Part shown: positions 8,948 to 23,432 of the stretch, piece by piece
Layout: the number at the start of each line of letters is the position of its first letter
Position numbering within the stretch: position 1 is the first letter of the stretch
DNA from: Escherichia coli
GTDB lineage: Bacteria; Pseudomonadota; Gammaproteobacteria; Enterobacterales; Enterobacteriaceae
Assembly (NCBI RefSeq): GCF_046105845.1
Contig: NZ_CP151004.1
Length of the DNA stretch: 64,000 nt
Direction: 5' to 3' (one strand)
Notes under the pieces: model-generated
The model's input: only the letters and a program-made list of their open reading frames with translations
Databases searched by the model: none
What the model was told of the DNA's origin: nothing
Made by a program: the position numbers and the translations under genes

Positions 8948-9819
8948 ATGGGATTAATGGCCTCATTCGAACGTGGAATGGAACGTTTTCTTGTTCCAGT
9001 TGCTATCAAGTTAAACTCACAAAAACATGTTGCAGCGGTGAGAGATGGATTCGTTTTTACGTTTCCAATTATTATGGCAAGTTCATTAATTATATTAATT
9101 AATTTTGCCATATTATCGCCAGACGGTTTTATTGCCGGATTACTGCATCTGAATAGCATTTTCCCCAACCTTGAAAAAGCACAAGCTATTTTTACTCCGG
9201 TAATGAATGGTTCTGTAAATATCATGTCAATTATGATTGCTTTCCTGGTCGCCAGGAATATGGCGATTAGCTATGAGCAAGATGATCTTTTATGCGGATT
9301 AACGGCAATAGGAGCATTTTTTATTGTTGGGCCGCTCAACACGGCACTACCTGGGGCGCGCCATATCCGATTACCTGGACTTCTATTAATGATGCATTCG
9401 CCAACTGCGGCGGTTCAGGTATGACGTTGGGGTTATTGTTGGCTATTTTTATCGCTTCTAAGCGTGCGGAATACCGTGATCTGGCAAAAATGTCATTTAT
9501 CCCCGGTATTTTCAATATCAATGAACCGATAATGTTCGGCCTTCCTATTGTACTTAACCCCATCATGATGGTGCCGTTTATTCTGGTTCCCATTGTTAAC
9601 TGTGCCATTGGTTACTTCTTTGTTTCGATGGAAATTATTCCACCGGTTGCTTATGCCGTGCCCTGGACTACGCCCGGACCTTTAATTGCTTTCCTCGGAA
9701 CCGGGGGAAACTGGCTGGCGTTACTGGTGGGTTTTTTATGTTTAGGTGTGGCGACAATGATCTATTTACCTTTTGTTATTGCCGCCAACAAGGTCAATAA
9801 CATGACAACTAACGGATAA
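8948..9819 (+). pseudogene. PTS EIIC component, lactose/cellobiose family, disrupted by an internal deletion with frame change
   Basis: Two overlapping ORFs in different frames (8909..9424 and 9292..9819). The first resembles an EIIC N-terminus (...[29 protein letters not shown]...), the second an EIIC C-terminus (...CGGSGMTLGLLLAIFIASKRAEY...IYLPFVIAANK). Combined coding potential is about 290 aa against ~430-450 aa for this family. Confidence 0.7.
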
Positions 9820-9840
9820 TCCCATTTACACAGGAAGGAG

Positions 9841-10158
9841 ATGTTGATGTTTGCAGATGAAGAACTTGTTATGGAGTTACTGGTCAACGCAGGACAGGCT
9901 CGTTCTGATGCGATGGAAGCCATACGTTGTGCCGGGCAAAAAGACTGGCAGGGCGCAACTCAGCTAATGGCCAGTTCTGAATGCGCCTGTCTTCAGGCGC
10001 ATAAGATTCAGACCGCGTTAATTAGTCAGGATGAAGGCTGTGGCAAAATAGAAGTTAATTTAATTCTGGTTCATGCACAGGATCATTTGATGAATGCAAT
10101 ATTATGCCAGGATTTAGCCAGGGAAATTATTTCATTAAGAAAAGAGCTCCATGCCTGA
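9841..10158 (+). CDS. PTS EIIA component, lactose/cellobiose family
   Basis: 105-aa ORF with helical EIIA-Lac/Cel-like sequence (MELLVNAGQARSDAMEAIRCA...). The start may be the second ATG at 9847, which has better spacing from GGAGG. Confidence 0.85.
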   Translation: MLMFADEELVMELLVNAGQARSDAMEAIRCAGQKDWQGATQLMASSECACLQAHKIQTALISQDEGCGKIEVNLILVHAQDHLMNAILCQDLAREIISLRKELHA

Positions 10159-10210
10159 TTTTTTCCTCCAGTGCGATAGCTGGAGGAAATTATTACACTC
10201 TTAAGGATAA

Positions 10211-13349
<3,139 letters not shown>

Positions 13350-13376
13350 GACTTCAGGAAGATATTACGGAGATAT

Positions 13377-13400
13377 CAGGCTCTGTGATCAGAGCCTGAC
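13377..13400. terminator. Hairpin (tcaggctctg / cagagcctga, 10-bp stem, 4-nt loop) between the convergent GH1 gene and marB
   Basis: Perfect inverted repeat read from sequence; no long T-tract. Coordinates approximate. Confidence 0.5.
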
Positions 13401-13405
13401 AATAA

Positions 13406-13624
13406 CTACATAGCGTGTTGATTATAATAGGGCACGCCGAGCGCATCCGACTTATCACTGCCAGTACCCATGTGATTTAAATCAAACGGTGGTTGTTCCT
13501 GCGATGGGGGAACAACCACGACATTGGCACAGGAAGTAACAACCTGCTGCGTGGTTTGTTCCGCAATGCCCTGCGTGGAAAAGAGAATAAACGCAGCTGC
13601 TATTGCGGATAAAAGTGGTTTCAT
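13406..13624 (-). CDS. marB: Multiple antibiotic resistance protein MarB (periplasmic)
   Basis: 72 aa, MKPLLSAIAAAFILFSTQGIA signal peptide; matches MarB. Confidence 0.92.
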   Translation of the reverse strand: MKPLLSAIAAAFILFSTQGIAEQTTQQVVTSCANVVVVPPSQEQPPFDLNHMGTGSDKSDALGVPYYNQHAM

Positions 13625-13655
13625 GATTGCCTCAGTGACGTTGTCACGTTATCAA

Positions 13656-14039
13656 CTAGCTGTTGTAATGATTTAATGGATGTAAAAAGCGCGATTCGCC
13701 CTGCATATTGGTCATCCGGTATTTATGTGGCGGAACATCAAAGTAATTTTTGAAGGTTCGGGTCAGAGTTTGTTGCGACTCGAAGCCATATCGTTCTGCC
13801 AGATAGAGTATCGGCTCGTTACTTTCCTTCAGCTTTTGCGCGATTTCCGTCATCTTACGGCTGCGGATGTATTGGCCTAATGAATGACCGGTTTCTTTTT
13901 TAAACATCCGTTGCAGGTGCCATTTAGAGTAACCCGAACGCTCTGACACTTTCTCCAGTGACAGTGGCGATTCCAGGTTGTCCTCGATCCAGTCCAAAAT
14001 GCTATGAATGGTAATAGCGTCAGTATTGCGTCTGGACAT
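13656..14039 (-). CDS. marA: AraC/XylS-family transcriptional activator MarA
   Basis: ORF 13656..14045; conserved start [23 protein letters not shown] (127 aa). Confidence 0.95.
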
Positions 14040-14059
14040 CGTCATACCTCTTTTTTTGT

Positions 14060-14494
14060 TTACGGCAGGACTTTCTTAAGCAAATGCTCAAGTGTTGCCA
14101 CTTCGTCCGCCGTCAGGTTTTTTGTTAATTCTTGATGCAGGTCCTGGCCAACTAATTGATGGCATTGTTCACATATTGCCGCGCCGCTGGTGGTAAGTTT
14201 TACCAGTACGCCGCGCTTGTCATTCGGGTTCGGCAACCTTTCCACCCAGCCTTTACAGACCAGGCGATCCAGCATACGGGTCAGCGCTCCCAGGTCGACC
14301 GACAACACTTTTTTCAGTTCAACCGGAGTAATACACGCCGCGCAGCGGATAGAGCAGAGCACCTTAAACTGTGCCGCGGTAATATCCAGCGGAGACAGAT
14401 ACTCATTAAGCAGGCGATCTTTCTTCTGATTAACCATATGGATTAAGCGACCCAATGGAATAATTTCATTGAACAGATCGCTGGTACTTTTCAC
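14060..14494 (-). CDS. marR: Transcriptional repressor MarR
   Basis: 144 aa [29 protein letters not shown]...; GTG start as in K-12. Confidence 0.95.
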
Positions 14495-14496
14495 AT

Positions 14497-14518
14497 TAGT
14501 TGCCCTGGCAAGTAATTA
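14497..14518 (-). promoter_or_regulatory. MarR operator, start-proximal site (TACTTGCCAGGGCAACTAAT), covering the marR ribosome-binding region
   Basis: Palindrome TTGCC-N3-GGCAA read on the minus strand immediately upstream of the marR GTG. Confidence 0.75.
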
Positions 14519-14530
14519 GTTGCAGGGGAT

Positions 14531-14552
14531 AATATTGCCCAGGCAAGTATAA
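14531..14552 (-). promoter_or_regulatory. MarR operator, promoter-overlapping site (ATACTTGCCTGGGCAATATTAT), containing the marRAB -10 (TATTAT)
   Basis: Second TTGCC-N3-GGCAA palindrome read on the minus strand. Confidence 0.75.
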
Positions 14553-14570
14553 GTCAAATGAATGAATTGA

Positions 14571-14593
14571 CCGATGCCACGTTTTGCTAAATC
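14571..14593 (-). promoter_or_regulatory. marbox (MarA/SoxS/Rob binding site) GATTTAGCAAAACGTGGCATCGG
   Basis: Matches the canonical marRAB marbox on the minus strand, upstream of the promoter. Confidence 0.75.
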
Positions 14594-14705
14594 GGTTCAA
14601 GTTTTGGTCAGTGCGATGCAAGGTTAGCTAAAGAGTGACACTTTATCGTTGTTTACCCCTTATACTTTTCGCTGATAACCCAGATACACAGGATAACAAC
14701 CACCA

Positions 14706-15371
14706 ATGTTAGATTTATTTAAAGCAATTGGCTTGGGGTTGGTGGTGTTACTACCGTTAGCTAACCCATTAACAACTGTCGCGTTATTTCTTGGCCTGGC
14801 AGGCAACATGAACAGTGCCGAACGTAATCGTCAGTCGTTGATGGCCTCGGTGTACGTCTTTGCCATCATGATGGTGGCGTATTACGCCGGGCAACTGGTG
14901 ATGGATACATTTGGCATTTCGATTCCCGGTCTGCGAATTGCAGGCGGCTTAATCGTCGCGTTTATCGGTTTTCGGATGCTCTTTCCGCAACAGAAAGCAA
15001 TTGATTCACCGGAAGCGAAAAGCAAGTCGGAAGAGCTGGAAGATGAACCCAGTGCCAATATTGCCTTTGTACCACTGGCAATGCCAAGTACCGCCGGTCC
15101 GGGAACCATTGCAATGATTATTAGCTCGGCGTCCACAGTGCGTCAGAGTTCAACCTTCGCTGATTGGGTGCTGATGGTTGCGCCGCCGCTGATCTTTTTC
15201 CTGGTGGCGGTTATTTTGTGGGGAAGCCTACGCAGCTCTGGCGCAATTATGCGGCTGGTGGGCAAGGGAGGCATTGAAGCGATCTCCCGCCTGATGGGAT
15301 TCCTGCTGGTATGTATGGGTGTGCAGTTTATTATTAACGGCATTCTGGAAATCATTAAAACGTACCATTAA
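14706..15371 (+). CDS. marC: MarC-family inner-membrane protein
   Basis: 221 aa [33 protein letters not shown]...; divergent from marRAB. Confidence 0.93.
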   Translation: MLDLFKAIGLGLVVLLPLANPLTTVALFLGLAGNMNSAERNRQSLMASVYVFAIMMVAYYAGQLVMDTFGISIPGLRIAGGLIVAFIGFRMLFPQQKAIDSPEAKSKSEELEDEPSANIAFVPLAMPSTAGPGTIAMIISSASTVRQSSTFADWVLMVAPPLIFFLVAVILWGSLRSSGAIMRLVGKGGIEAISRLMGFLLVCMGVQFIINGILEIIKTYH

Positions 15372-15392
15372 AAAAGGCCCGAATGGGCCTTT
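15371..15392. terminator. Bidirectional terminator hairpin (A-run, aggccc-gaat-gggcct, T-run) between convergent marC and sotB
   Basis: aaaaaggcccgaatgggccttt read directly. Confidence 0.65.
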
Positions 15393-15395
15393 CAA

Positions 15396-16586
15396 CTATT
15401 GCGTCTGTTCTTCGAGTGTCACTGGCCAGCGGCGAAAAATGATGATTGACCATATTAACGCGGCAAAAGCAGGCACCGCGCCCACATAACCAATCATCGA
15501 CATTGACCAGTGCAGACTGACCTGATTACCTACCAACGCGCCAGCGCCGATTCCAATATTAAATATCCCCGAGAATAGCGCCATCGCGACGTCGGTGGCA
15601 TCTGGTGCCAGCGCCAGCACTTTAACCTGCATACCAAGCCCGATGATCATCATCGCGATCCCCCAGAAAATACTTAGCACCCCGAGGTGTATTTCACTGT
15701 TCGCCGCAGGTAGCAGCAGTGCGAGGCACACCAGCAACAACGCAATCGCCGTACTCACCAACGCAGACGCATACTGATTACCCAGTTTCCCGAAAATCAC
15801 GCTGCCAATAATGCCCGCACCACCGAGTAATAACAGTAATGCCGTGGCAAAGTTGGCGCTGAATCCCGCAATGTTTTGCACAAAAGGCTCGATATAGCTG
15901 TATGCCGTGTAATGGGCGGTGACAACCACCACAGTTAACAAATAAATGCTCATTAATGCCGGGCGGCGGAACAATAGCGGGAGGCTTTTCAATGAACCGG
16001 AATGCTCACTGGGCAGCAAGGGAAGTAACTTAATCAGGCACAAAAGGGTAATAAACGCCCCGATACCAATCGCGAAGAAGGTCATTCGCCAGCCAAAATA
16101 CTGCCCCACAATGCGCCCGAGAGGTAAACCTAATACCATTGCCAGTGCTGTACCGGTGGCAATTAAACTCAACGCCTGCGCTCGCTTCCCGGCCGGAGCC
16201 ATACGGATCGCCAGAGACGCCGTAATCGACCAGAAAATCGCATGTGCAAAAGCCACACCAATGCGACTGATCACCAGAACGGTAAAACTCCACGACAAAA
16301 ACGACAGTACGTGACTGGCAATAAATACCACAAACAGGCAGATCAGTAATTTGCGCCGTTCAACCTGGCTGGTCATTAACATAAAAGGCAATGACATTAG
16401 CGCCACTACCCATGCATAAATCGTCAACATGATGCCGACCTGAGCGGTTTGCATGTGAAAACTTTGCGCAATGTCAGAGAGCAGGCCAACAGGGACAAAT
16501 TCGGTGGTGTTGAAGATGAAGGCGGCGACTGCCAGCGTAACGACCCGTAGCCACGCCACTTTGCGGGAAACAGTGTTTGTTGTCAT
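15396..16586 (-). CDS. sotB: MFS sugar efflux transporter
   Basis: 396 aa; matches SotB/YdeA. Confidence 0.92.
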   Translation of the reverse strand: MTTNTVSRKVAWLRVVTLAVAAFIFNTTEFVPVGLLSDIAQSFHMQTAQVGIMLTIYAWVVALMSLPFMLMTSQVERRKLLICLFVVFIASHVLSFLSWSFTVLVISRIGVAFAHAIFWSITASLAIRMAPAGKRAQALSLIATGTALAMVLGLPLGRIVGQYFGWRMTFFAIGIGAFITLLCLIKLLPLLPSEHSGSLKSLPLLFRRPALMSIYLLTVVVVTAHYTAYSYIEPFVQNIAGFSANFATALLLLLGGAGIIGSVIFGKLGNQYASALVSTAIALLLVCLALLLPAANSEIHLGVLSIFWGIAMMIIGLGMQVKVLALAPDATDVAMALFSGIFNIGIGAGALVGNQVSLHWSMSMIGYVGAVPAFAALIWSIIIFRRWPVTLEEQTQ

Positions 16587-16735
16587 AACAGATTATCGGG
16601 TGAGTTGCGAAAAAGTGATGAAATGATCTTAAAACGGTTAATGATGTGAATACAATGCATTTGTGATCTGGATCGCGTTTTCCGTTTCTCTGACGCTGAT
16701 TCTGTTCCGCGTCAGAGAGTCGGTAACATCACGGT

Positions 16736-17851
16736 TTAATGACGTTCAGGGAGGTCTGGCGTTTTGGCGGTTGCGGGTATAGGTGATCTGACAGGGGAGC
16801 GAGGCCTGTTTTTCACCAGGTCTTCGTGAGTAACTTTTGGCGGCGTTTCATTTTTTACAAAAAGTTTGAGGGTCCTGCGCGCCATATGTTTGATAATTTT
16901 ATCATCACTTAATGATGCTGGCATCAACACGTCAATCAAATCACTTTCATTGGGATTCATAAATTGGTGATAGTGCAATAACATATTGGCGAAAAATAAA
17001 AACAAGTCCTGAAAATGTGGAAAATCTTGTTCTGTTAAAAGGGATAAAAAGCAGATGCAGACTTCGGGTAGTACATGTTTGTTAGAACCTAGTGAATCCA
17101 TCAGACTTTGCAATAAATCCTCTTTTAATTCGCTGTCCGTTATGTCGAGAATAGCGGTGAGCAAGTTAGGTTCTTTATTCCCGAACCATCTGTGAACCTC
17201 AGAGTTATTCCATAATCGGGGGAGTATGACAAAATTACCGCGAGAGATAAAATTCAGGACAAGCAAATCAAACTGGCGTAAGTAATCTGCAGCGGTATGG
17301 TGATCCGGATGCAGGGGTTCAATATGTGGCGTATGCGCTCTTTTGATAGGAACGCCAGGGTTGATCATTGGAAATTGTTCTATAAAGTCATTCAGAAACA
17401 GAAAGAGCACACGCTCGACGCCAGTCTGAAATACGCGCCCCATAGTGACAGGCTTTGGGTTGGGAGCGCAAAAAATATTAATTTCCCCATCATGGCGGAA
17501 ATTATCTAAATAAATAGGGCTTAAATTTATCACTACCTGAAATTCAATATTTTCTTTGTGTCTTCCATTCCTGGCAGGATAAGTGAGTTTAAATTGAACT
17601 TTTTCATTGTATAGCGTGTCGTTACCCCGGAAAGAGGTTCTCTGAATATATGATAAGTTATCAAGGTTATTAAATATCTTTTTTGTGGCTGAGCTGATGT
17701 TTAAAGACGTACGCCACTCTTCATCACATATTATTGTACTTAGCGCATCAATAAAATCCTTTAAAACTTCTTTTACCTGAGGTGCAATATTACGAACGGG
17801 AAAATCATCAGGAAGAGATATGTAATTGCTGATGCTTACTGGCGTAACCAT
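16736..17851 (-). CDS. yneK: Uncharacterized protein YneK
   Basis: 371-aa ORF; length and sequence consistent with YneK. Confidence 0.85.
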   Translation of the reverse strand: MVTPVSISNYISLPDDFPVRNIAPQVKEVLKDFIDALSTIICDEEWRTSLNISSATKKIFNNLDNLSYIQRTSFRGNDTLYNEKVQFKLTYPARNGRHKENIEFQVVINLSPIYLDNFRHDGEINIFCAPNPKPVTMGRVFQTGVERVLFLFLNDFIEQFPMINPGVPIKRAHTPHIEPLHPDHHTAADYLRQFDLLVLNFISRGNFVILPRLWNNSEVHRWFGNKEPNLLTAILDITDSELKEDLLQSLMDSLGSNKHVLPEVCICFLSLLTEQDFPHFQDLFLFFANMLLHYHQFMNPNESDLIDVLMPASLSDDKIIKHMARRTLKLFVKNETPPKVTHEDLVKNRPRSPVRSPIPATAKTPDLPERH

Positions 17852-17934
17852 ATTTGCCCCATATAGTCATAAGTCATCGGAGCATCACTATATAGACCAT
17901 ATTAGCCGCAAGAACTATCAAAAATAGCTCATTG

Positions 17935-18810
17935 CTAACTCTGTTTTGCCGAGTCAGACACATCCAGTAGTTGAATAAATGCCTCAAGCGGACGCGTTTT
18001 TGCACCGCGACGCCAGACCAGCCAGGTTGTTAACCAACGCCATTGCTCAGCTAACGGCCACGCTTCAACCTGGTGATGCCCCGGCATACTTTCCAGCATA
18101 GAGCGTGGAATAAGCGCAATGCCTGCTCCTGCGACCACACAGGCCAACATCCCGTGATACGACTCCATCTCGTGAATAGTTCCCGGAGCGGCACCGTCAG
18201 CATGAAACCAGCTCTCGAAGTGGCGACGATATGAACAATTGGCGCGGAAGGCATAAATGTTACTGCCATTAACCTGACTGGCGCGGGTTACTGGCGCATG
18301 CCCTTGTGGCGTGACGATCATCAGCTCCTCGCGGTACACCGGTATCCCGTCAATGGCAGTATGGTTAATGGGCCCATCAATAAACGCCGCATTCAGTTTT
18401 CCCTCCAGCACACCTTCCAGCATAGTGCCGGAAGGGCCGGTGGAAAGTGAAAACTGAATTTTGGGATAACGACGGTTGAATTCCGCCAGCGTGGCCGGAA
18501 TGCGAACTGCAGCGGTGCTTTCCAGCGAACCAAGAGAAAATAAACCTTGCGGCTCATCGCCAGCGACAACGCTCCGCGCTTCATCCACTAACGCGAGAAT
18601 TTGTTGGCTATAGCGTAAAAAGTTATGCCCGGCAGGCGAGAGACGTAAACGCTGATTCTCGCGAATAAACAGATCAACCCCCAGTTCTGTTTCCAGCTGG
18701 CGTAGACGGGTAGTGAGATTCGACGGCACGCGATGCACTTTTGCTGCAGCCTGGGTAATGCTGCCAGCTTCGGCAACCGCGTTGAACATCTCCAGTTGGG
18801 TCAGATCCAT
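17935..18810 (-). CDS. yneJ: LysR-family transcriptional regulator
   Basis: 291 aa; N-terminal LysR HTH ([40 protein letters not shown]); divergent from sad. Confidence 0.9.
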   Translation of the reverse strand: MDLTQLEMFNAVAEAGSITQAAAKVHRVPSNLTTRLRQLETELGVDLFIRENQRLRLSPAGHNFLRYSQQILALVDEARSVVAGDEPQGLFSLGSLESTAAVRIPATLAEFNRRYPKIQFSLSTGPSGTMLEGVLEGKLNAAFIDGPINHTAIDGIPVYREELMIVTPQGHAPVTRASQVNGSNIYAFRANCSYRRHFESWFHADGAAPGTIHEMESYHGMLACVVAGAGIALIPRSMLESMPGHHQVEAWPLAEQWRWLTTWLVWRRGAKTRPLEAFIQLLDVSDSAKQS

Positions 18811-18910
18811 GGCATTCTCAATTCGTGAATAAGTGGCTTAATATTATTCATTTTCAAGCAAGAGTAAATCTGCGTATCTTTTTACCATAACCCATAAAGG
18901 AGATACCCCG

Positions 18911-20299
18911 ATGACCATTACTCCGGCAACCCATGCAATTTCGATAAATCCTGCCACTGGTGAACAACTTTCTGTGCTGCCGTGGGCTGGCGCTGATGAT
19001 ATCGAAAACGCACTTCAGCTGGCGGCAGCAGGCTTTCGCGATTGGCGCGAGACAAATATAGATTATCGTGCTGAAAAACTGCGTGATATCGGTAAGGCTC
19101 TGCGTGTCCGTAGCGAAGAAATGGCGCAAATGATCACCCGTGAAATGGGCAAACCAATCAACCAGGCGCGCGCTGAAGTGGCGAAATCGGCGAATTTGTG
19201 TGACTGGTATGCAGAACATGGTCCGGCAATGCTGAAGGCGGAACCTACGCTGGTGGAAAATCAGCAGGCAGTTATTGAGTATCGCCCGTTGGGGACAATT
19301 CTGGCGATTATGCCGTGGAATTTTCCGTTATGGCAGGTGATGCGTGGTGCGGTTCCCATCATTCTTGCAGGTAACGGCTACTTACTTAAACATGCGCCGA
19401 ATGTGATGGGCTGTGCACAGCTCATTGCCCAGGTGTTTAAAGATGCGGGTATCCCACAAGGCGTATATGGCTGGCTGAATGCCGACAACGACGGCGTCAG
19501 TCAGATGATTAAAGACTCGCGCATTGCTGCTGTCACAGTGACCGGAAGTGTTCGTGCGGGAGCAGCTATTGGCGCACAGGCTGGAGCGGCACTGAAAAAA
19601 TGCGTACTGGAACTGGGCGGTTCGGATCCATTTATTGTGCTTAACGATGCCGATCTGGAACTGGCGGTTAAAGCGGCGGTAGCCGGACGTTATCAGAATA
19701 CCGGACAGGTTTGTGCAGCTGCAAAACGCTTTATTATCGAAGAGGGAATTGCTTCGGCATTTACCGAACGTTTTGTGGCAGCTGCGGCAGCCTTGAAAAT
19801 GGGCGATCCCCGTGACGAAGAGAACACTCTCGGACCAATGGCTCGTTTTGATTTACGTGATGAGCTGCATCATCAGGTGGAGAAAACCCTGGCGCAGGGT
19901 GCGCGTTTGTTACTGGGCGGGGAAAAGATGGCTGGGGCAGGTAACTACTATCCGCCAACGGTTCTGGCGAATGTTACCCCAGAAATGACCGCGTTTCGGG
20001 AAGAAATGTTTGGCCCCGTTGCGGCAATCACCATTGCGAAAGATGCAGAACATGCGCTGGAACTGGCTAATGATAGTGAGTTCGGCCTTTCAGCGACCAT
20101 TTTCACCACCGACGAAACACAGGCCAGACAGATGGCGGCACGTCTGGAATGCGGTGGGGTGTTTATCAATGGTTATTGTGCCAGCGACGCGCGAGTCGCC
20201 TTTGGTGGCGTGAAGAAGAGTGGCTTTGGTCGTGAGCTTTCCCATTTCGGCTTACACGAATTCTGTAATATCCAGACGGTGTGGAAAGACCGGATCTGA
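18911..20299 (+). CDS. sad: NAD+-dependent succinate-semialdehyde dehydrogenase
   Basis: 462 aa aldehyde dehydrogenase; matches Sad/YneI. Confidence 0.93.
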   Translation: MTITPATHAISINPATGEQLSVLPWAGADDIENALQLAAAGFRDWRETNIDYRAEKLRDIGKALRVRSEEMAQMITREMGKPINQARAEVAKSANLCDWYAEHGPAMLKAEPTLVENQQAVIEYRPLGTILAIMPWNFPLWQVMRGAVPIILAGNGYLLKHAPNVMGCAQLIAQVFKDAGIPQGVYGWLNADNDGVSQMIKDSRIAAVTVTGSVRAGAAIGAQAGAALKKCVLELGGSDPFIVLNDADLELAVKAAVAGRYQNTGQVCAAAKRFIIEEGIASAFTERFVAAAAALKMGDPRDEENTLGPMARFDLRDELHHQVEKTLAQGARLLLGGEKMAGAGNYYPPTVLANVTPEMTAFREEMFGPVAAITIAKDAEHALELANDSEFGLSATIFTTDETQARQMAARLECGGVFINGYCASDARVAFGGVKKSGFGRELSHFGLHEFCNIQTVWKDRI

Positions 20300-20362
20300 C
20301 GCTACATATTCAGCTCTGATATACTCGCAGGTCTTTTCAGACCTGCGGTCCAGGAGTAGAAA

Positions 20363-21289
20363 GTGGCAGTCGCCATGGATAATGCAATTTTAGAAAACAT
20401 CTTGCGGCAAGTGCGGCCGCTCATTGGTCAGGGTAAAGTCGCGGATTATATTCCGGCGCTGGCTACGGTAGACGGTTCCCGGCTGGGCATTGCTATCTGT
20501 ACAGTTGACGGACAGCTTTTTCAGGCCGGAGATGCACAAGAACGTTTTTCCATTCAGTCTATTTCCAAAGTGCTGAGTCTCGTTGTCGCCATGCGTCATT
20601 ACTCCGAAGAGGAAATCTGGCAACGCGTCGGCAAAGATCCGTCTGGATCACCGTTCAATTCTTTAGTGCAACTGGAAATGGAGCAGGGTATTCCGCGTAA
20701 TCCGTTTATTAATGCCGGTGCGCTGGTGGTCTGCGATATGTTGCAAGGGCGATTAAGCGCTCCTCGGCAACGTATGCTGGAAGTCGTGCGCGGCTTAAGC
20801 GGTGTGTCTGATATTTCATACGATACGGTGGTAGCGCGTTCCGAATTTGAACATTCCGCGCGAAATGCGGCTATCGCCTGGCTGATGAAGTCGTTTGGCA
20901 ATTTCCATCATGATGTGACAACCGTTCTGCAAAACTACTTTCATTACTGCGCTCTGAAAATGAGCTGTGTAGAGCTGGCCCGGACGTTTGTCTTTCTGGC
21001 TAATCAGGGGAAAGCTATTCATATTGATGAACCTGTGGTGACGCCAATGCAGGCGCGGCAAATTAATGCGCTGATGGCGACCAGTGGTATGTACCAGAAC
21101 GCGGGGGAGTTTGCCTGGCGGGTGGGACTACCAGCGAAATCTGGCGTTGGTGGCGGTATTGTGGCGATTGTTCCGCATGAAATGGCCATCGCAGTCTGGA
21201 GTCCGGAACTGGATGATGCAGGTAACTCGCTCGCGGGTATCGCCGTCCTTGAACAATTGACGAAACAGTTAGGGCGTTCGGTTTATTAA
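20363..21289 (+). CDS. glsB: Glutaminase 2
   Basis: 308 aa; serine-dependent glutaminase motifs; matches GlsB/YneH. Confidence 0.93.
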   Translation: MAVAMDNAILENILRQVRPLIGQGKVADYIPALATVDGSRLGIAICTVDGQLFQAGDAQERFSIQSISKVLSLVVAMRHYSEEEIWQRVGKDPSGSPFNSLVQLEMEQGIPRNPFINAGALVVCDMLQGRLSAPRQRMLEVVRGLSGVSDISYDTVVARSEFEHSARNAAIAWLMKSFGNFHHDVTTVLQNYFHYCALKMSCVELARTFVFLANQGKAIHIDEPVVTPMQARQINALMATSGMYQNAGEFAWRVGLPAKSGVGGGIVAIVPHEMAIAVWSPELDDAGNSLAGIAVLEQLTKQLGRSVY

Positions 21290-21648
21290 TGCAGTCTCTC
21301 GATCCACTCTTCGCGCGTTTATCCCGTTCAAAATTTCGCTCTCGCTTTCGTTTGGGTGTGAAAGAGCGTCAGTATTGTCTGGAGAAAGGCGCGCCAGTCA
21401 TCGAACAACATGCGGCGGATTTTGTCGCTAAACGTCTTGCTCCGGCATTACCGGCTAACGACGGTAAGCAAACCCCCATGCGCGGGCATCCGGTGTTTAT
21501 CGCTCAGCACGCCACTGCAACCTGTTGTCGTGGTTGTCTGGCTAAGTGGCATAACATTCCGCAGGGTGTTTCGTTAAGCGAGCAACAACAACGTTATATC
21601 GTGGCGGTAATCTATCACTGGTTGGTTATACAGATGAATCAGCCATGA
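21289..21648 (+). CDS. yneG: DUF4186-family protein
   Basis: 119 aa; start codon overlaps the glsB stop (TAATG). Confidence 0.85.
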   Translation: MQSLDPLFARLSRSKFRSRFRLGVKERQYCLEKGAPVIEQHAADFVAKRLAPALPANDGKQTPMRGHPVFIAQHATATCCRGCLAKWHNIPQGVSLSEQQQRYIVAVIYHWLVIQMNQP

Positions 21649-21786
21649 TAATTGCGGAAAACGATAAAATAGCATTCCCAGGATATCTTTATTTGCCGCC
21701 GCTGTCAGCGAACATGCTATCCTTTATGAGAATTTACTTATTACGTTGAGATAATTGCTATCCGCAATTGTATGGACAGATAATTA

Positions 21787-23205
21787 ATGCATGTACAGCC
21801 CATTTCAACTTTCCGTTTGTTCCAGGAAGGTCATCTGCTACGTAATAGCATCGCTATTTTTGCGCTAACCACGCTGTTCTATTTTATTGGTGCAGAGTTA
21901 CGGCTGGTTCACGAACTTTCTCTTTTCTGGCCGCTGAATGGCGTAATGGCGGGGGTGTTTGCCCGCTATGTCTGGCTTAATCGACTGCATTACTATGCGA
22001 TCAGTTATGTGGCAATGCTGGTTTATGATGCCATAACCACCGAATGGGGGCTGGTTTCACTGGCTATCAATTTCTCCAATATGATGTTTATTGTTACCGT
22101 CGCCTTACTGGTCGCGCGGGATAAGCGTCTGGGGAAAAATAAGTACGAGCCAGTAAGTGCCTTACGGCTATTTAATTACTGTCTGATTGCCGCATTATTA
22201 TGCGCTATTGTCGGGGCGATTGGTTCGGTCAGTATTGATAGTCTGGATTTCTGGCCTTTGCTTGCCGACTGGTTCAGTGAGCAATTCTCAACGGGCGTGT
22301 TGATCGTGCCTTGTATGCTGACGTTGGCAATTCCTGGAGTGCTGCCGCGCTTTAAAGCAGAACAGATGATGCCCGCTATCGCGCTTATTGTGTCGGTTAT
22401 TGCCTCGGTAGTCATTGGCGGAGCGGGGAGTCTGGCGTTCCCGCTGCCTGCATTAATCTGGTGTGCAGTGCGCTATACGCCGCAGGTAACATGTCTGTTG
22501 ACCTTTGTCACCGGTGCGGTTGAAATCGTACTGGTGGCAAATTCGGTGATTGATATCTCGGTCGGTTCGCCGTTCTCCATTCCGCAAATGTTCTCCGCAC
22601 GTCTCGGTATTGCCACGATGGCGATATGCCCAATTATGGTTTCTTTTAGCGTGGCAGCGATCAATTCGCTAATGAAGCAAGTTGCGCTGCGAGCCGACTT
22701 TGATTTTCTGACTCAGGTTTACTCACGGTCCGGTCTTTATGAGGCGCTGAAAAGTCCATCGCTGAAACAGACACAACATCTGACTGTCATGCTGCTTGAT
22801 ATCGACTATTTCAAAAGCATTAACGATAACTATGGACATGAATGTGGCGATAAAGTGTTAAGCGTGTTTGCCCAGCATATTCAGAAGATTGTCGGTGATA
22901 AGGGGCTGGTGGCGCGAATGGGCGGCGAAGAATTTGCTGTTGCAGTGCCATCGGTGAATCCTGTCGATGGTCTGCTAATGGCGGAAAAAATCCGTAAAGG
23001 CGTTGAACTGCAACCGTTCACCTGGCAACAAAAAACGCTTTATCTCACGGTAAGTATTGGCGTCGGTAGTGGTTGCGCATCGTACCGAACGCTGACCGAT
23101 GACTTTAATAAATTGATGGTCGAAGCCGATACATGTCTGTATCGCTCGAAGAAAGATGGGCGCAACCGTACCAGCACTATGCGTTACGGTGAGGAAGTTG
23201 TCTGA
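21787..23205 (+). CDS. dgcF: Membrane-anchored diguanylate cyclase (N-terminal multi-TM sensor domain + GGDEF)
   Basis: 472-aa ORF with hydrophobic N-terminal half and GGEEF active site (ARMGGEEFAV). The true start may lie downstream; older K-12 annotations of yneF are shorter. Confidence 0.8.
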   Translation: MHVQPISTFRLFQEGHLLRNSIAIFALTTLFYFIGAELRLVHELSLFWPLNGVMAGVFARYVWLNRLHYYAISYVAMLVYDAITTEWGLVSLAINFSNMMFIVTVALLVARDKRLGKNKYEPVSALRLFNYCLIAALLCAIVGAIGSVSIDSLDFWPLLADWFSEQFSTGVLIVPCMLTLAIPGVLPRFKAEQMMPAIALIVSVIASVVIGGAGSLAFPLPALIWCAVRYTPQVTCLLTFVTGAVEIVLVANSVIDISVGSPFSIPQMFSARLGIATMAICPIMVSFSVAAINSLMKQVALRADFDFLTQVYSRSGLYEALKSPSLKQTQHLTVMLLDIDYFKSINDNYGHECGDKVLSVFAQHIQKIVGDKGLVARMGGEEFAVAVPSVNPVDGLLMAEKIRKGVELQPFTWQQKTLYLTVSIGVGSGCASYRTLTDDFNKLMVEADTCLYRSKKDGRNRTSTMRYGEEVV

Positions 23206-23378
23206 CATCTTTATTCATTCACAGCGATTTTAATGGAATGTGTTCTACCACTTTATTGAGCGAATAAAAGGCGTAGTTCCTCGATTAAACCATGATCCGC
23301 GCCACACTTTTCTCATAAAACTGCTCATTAATCATCAGGAGTTGATCAAAACAGGGGTTCGGCGTATTAAAGTTTGCT

Positions 23379-23405
23379 AACCTGTCGTACCAATTCAAAC
23401 AGGTT
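23379..23405. promoter_or_regulatory. Perfect 7-bp inverted repeat (aacctgt-N13-acaggtt) about 30 bp upstream of uxaB; candidate ExuR/UxuR operator
   Basis: Palindrome read from sequence; uxaB is a known ExuR regulon member; the assignment is inference. Confidence 0.35.
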
Positions 23406-23432
23406 GTATGACTAATCAGAAGGGAACCCATT

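Noticed and set aside
8909-9819. Possibility that the two EIIC ORFs are a programmed frameshift or a functional split gene
   Set aside because: The two parts together are about 150 residues short of a complete EIIC, so degradation is more parsimonious than recoding.
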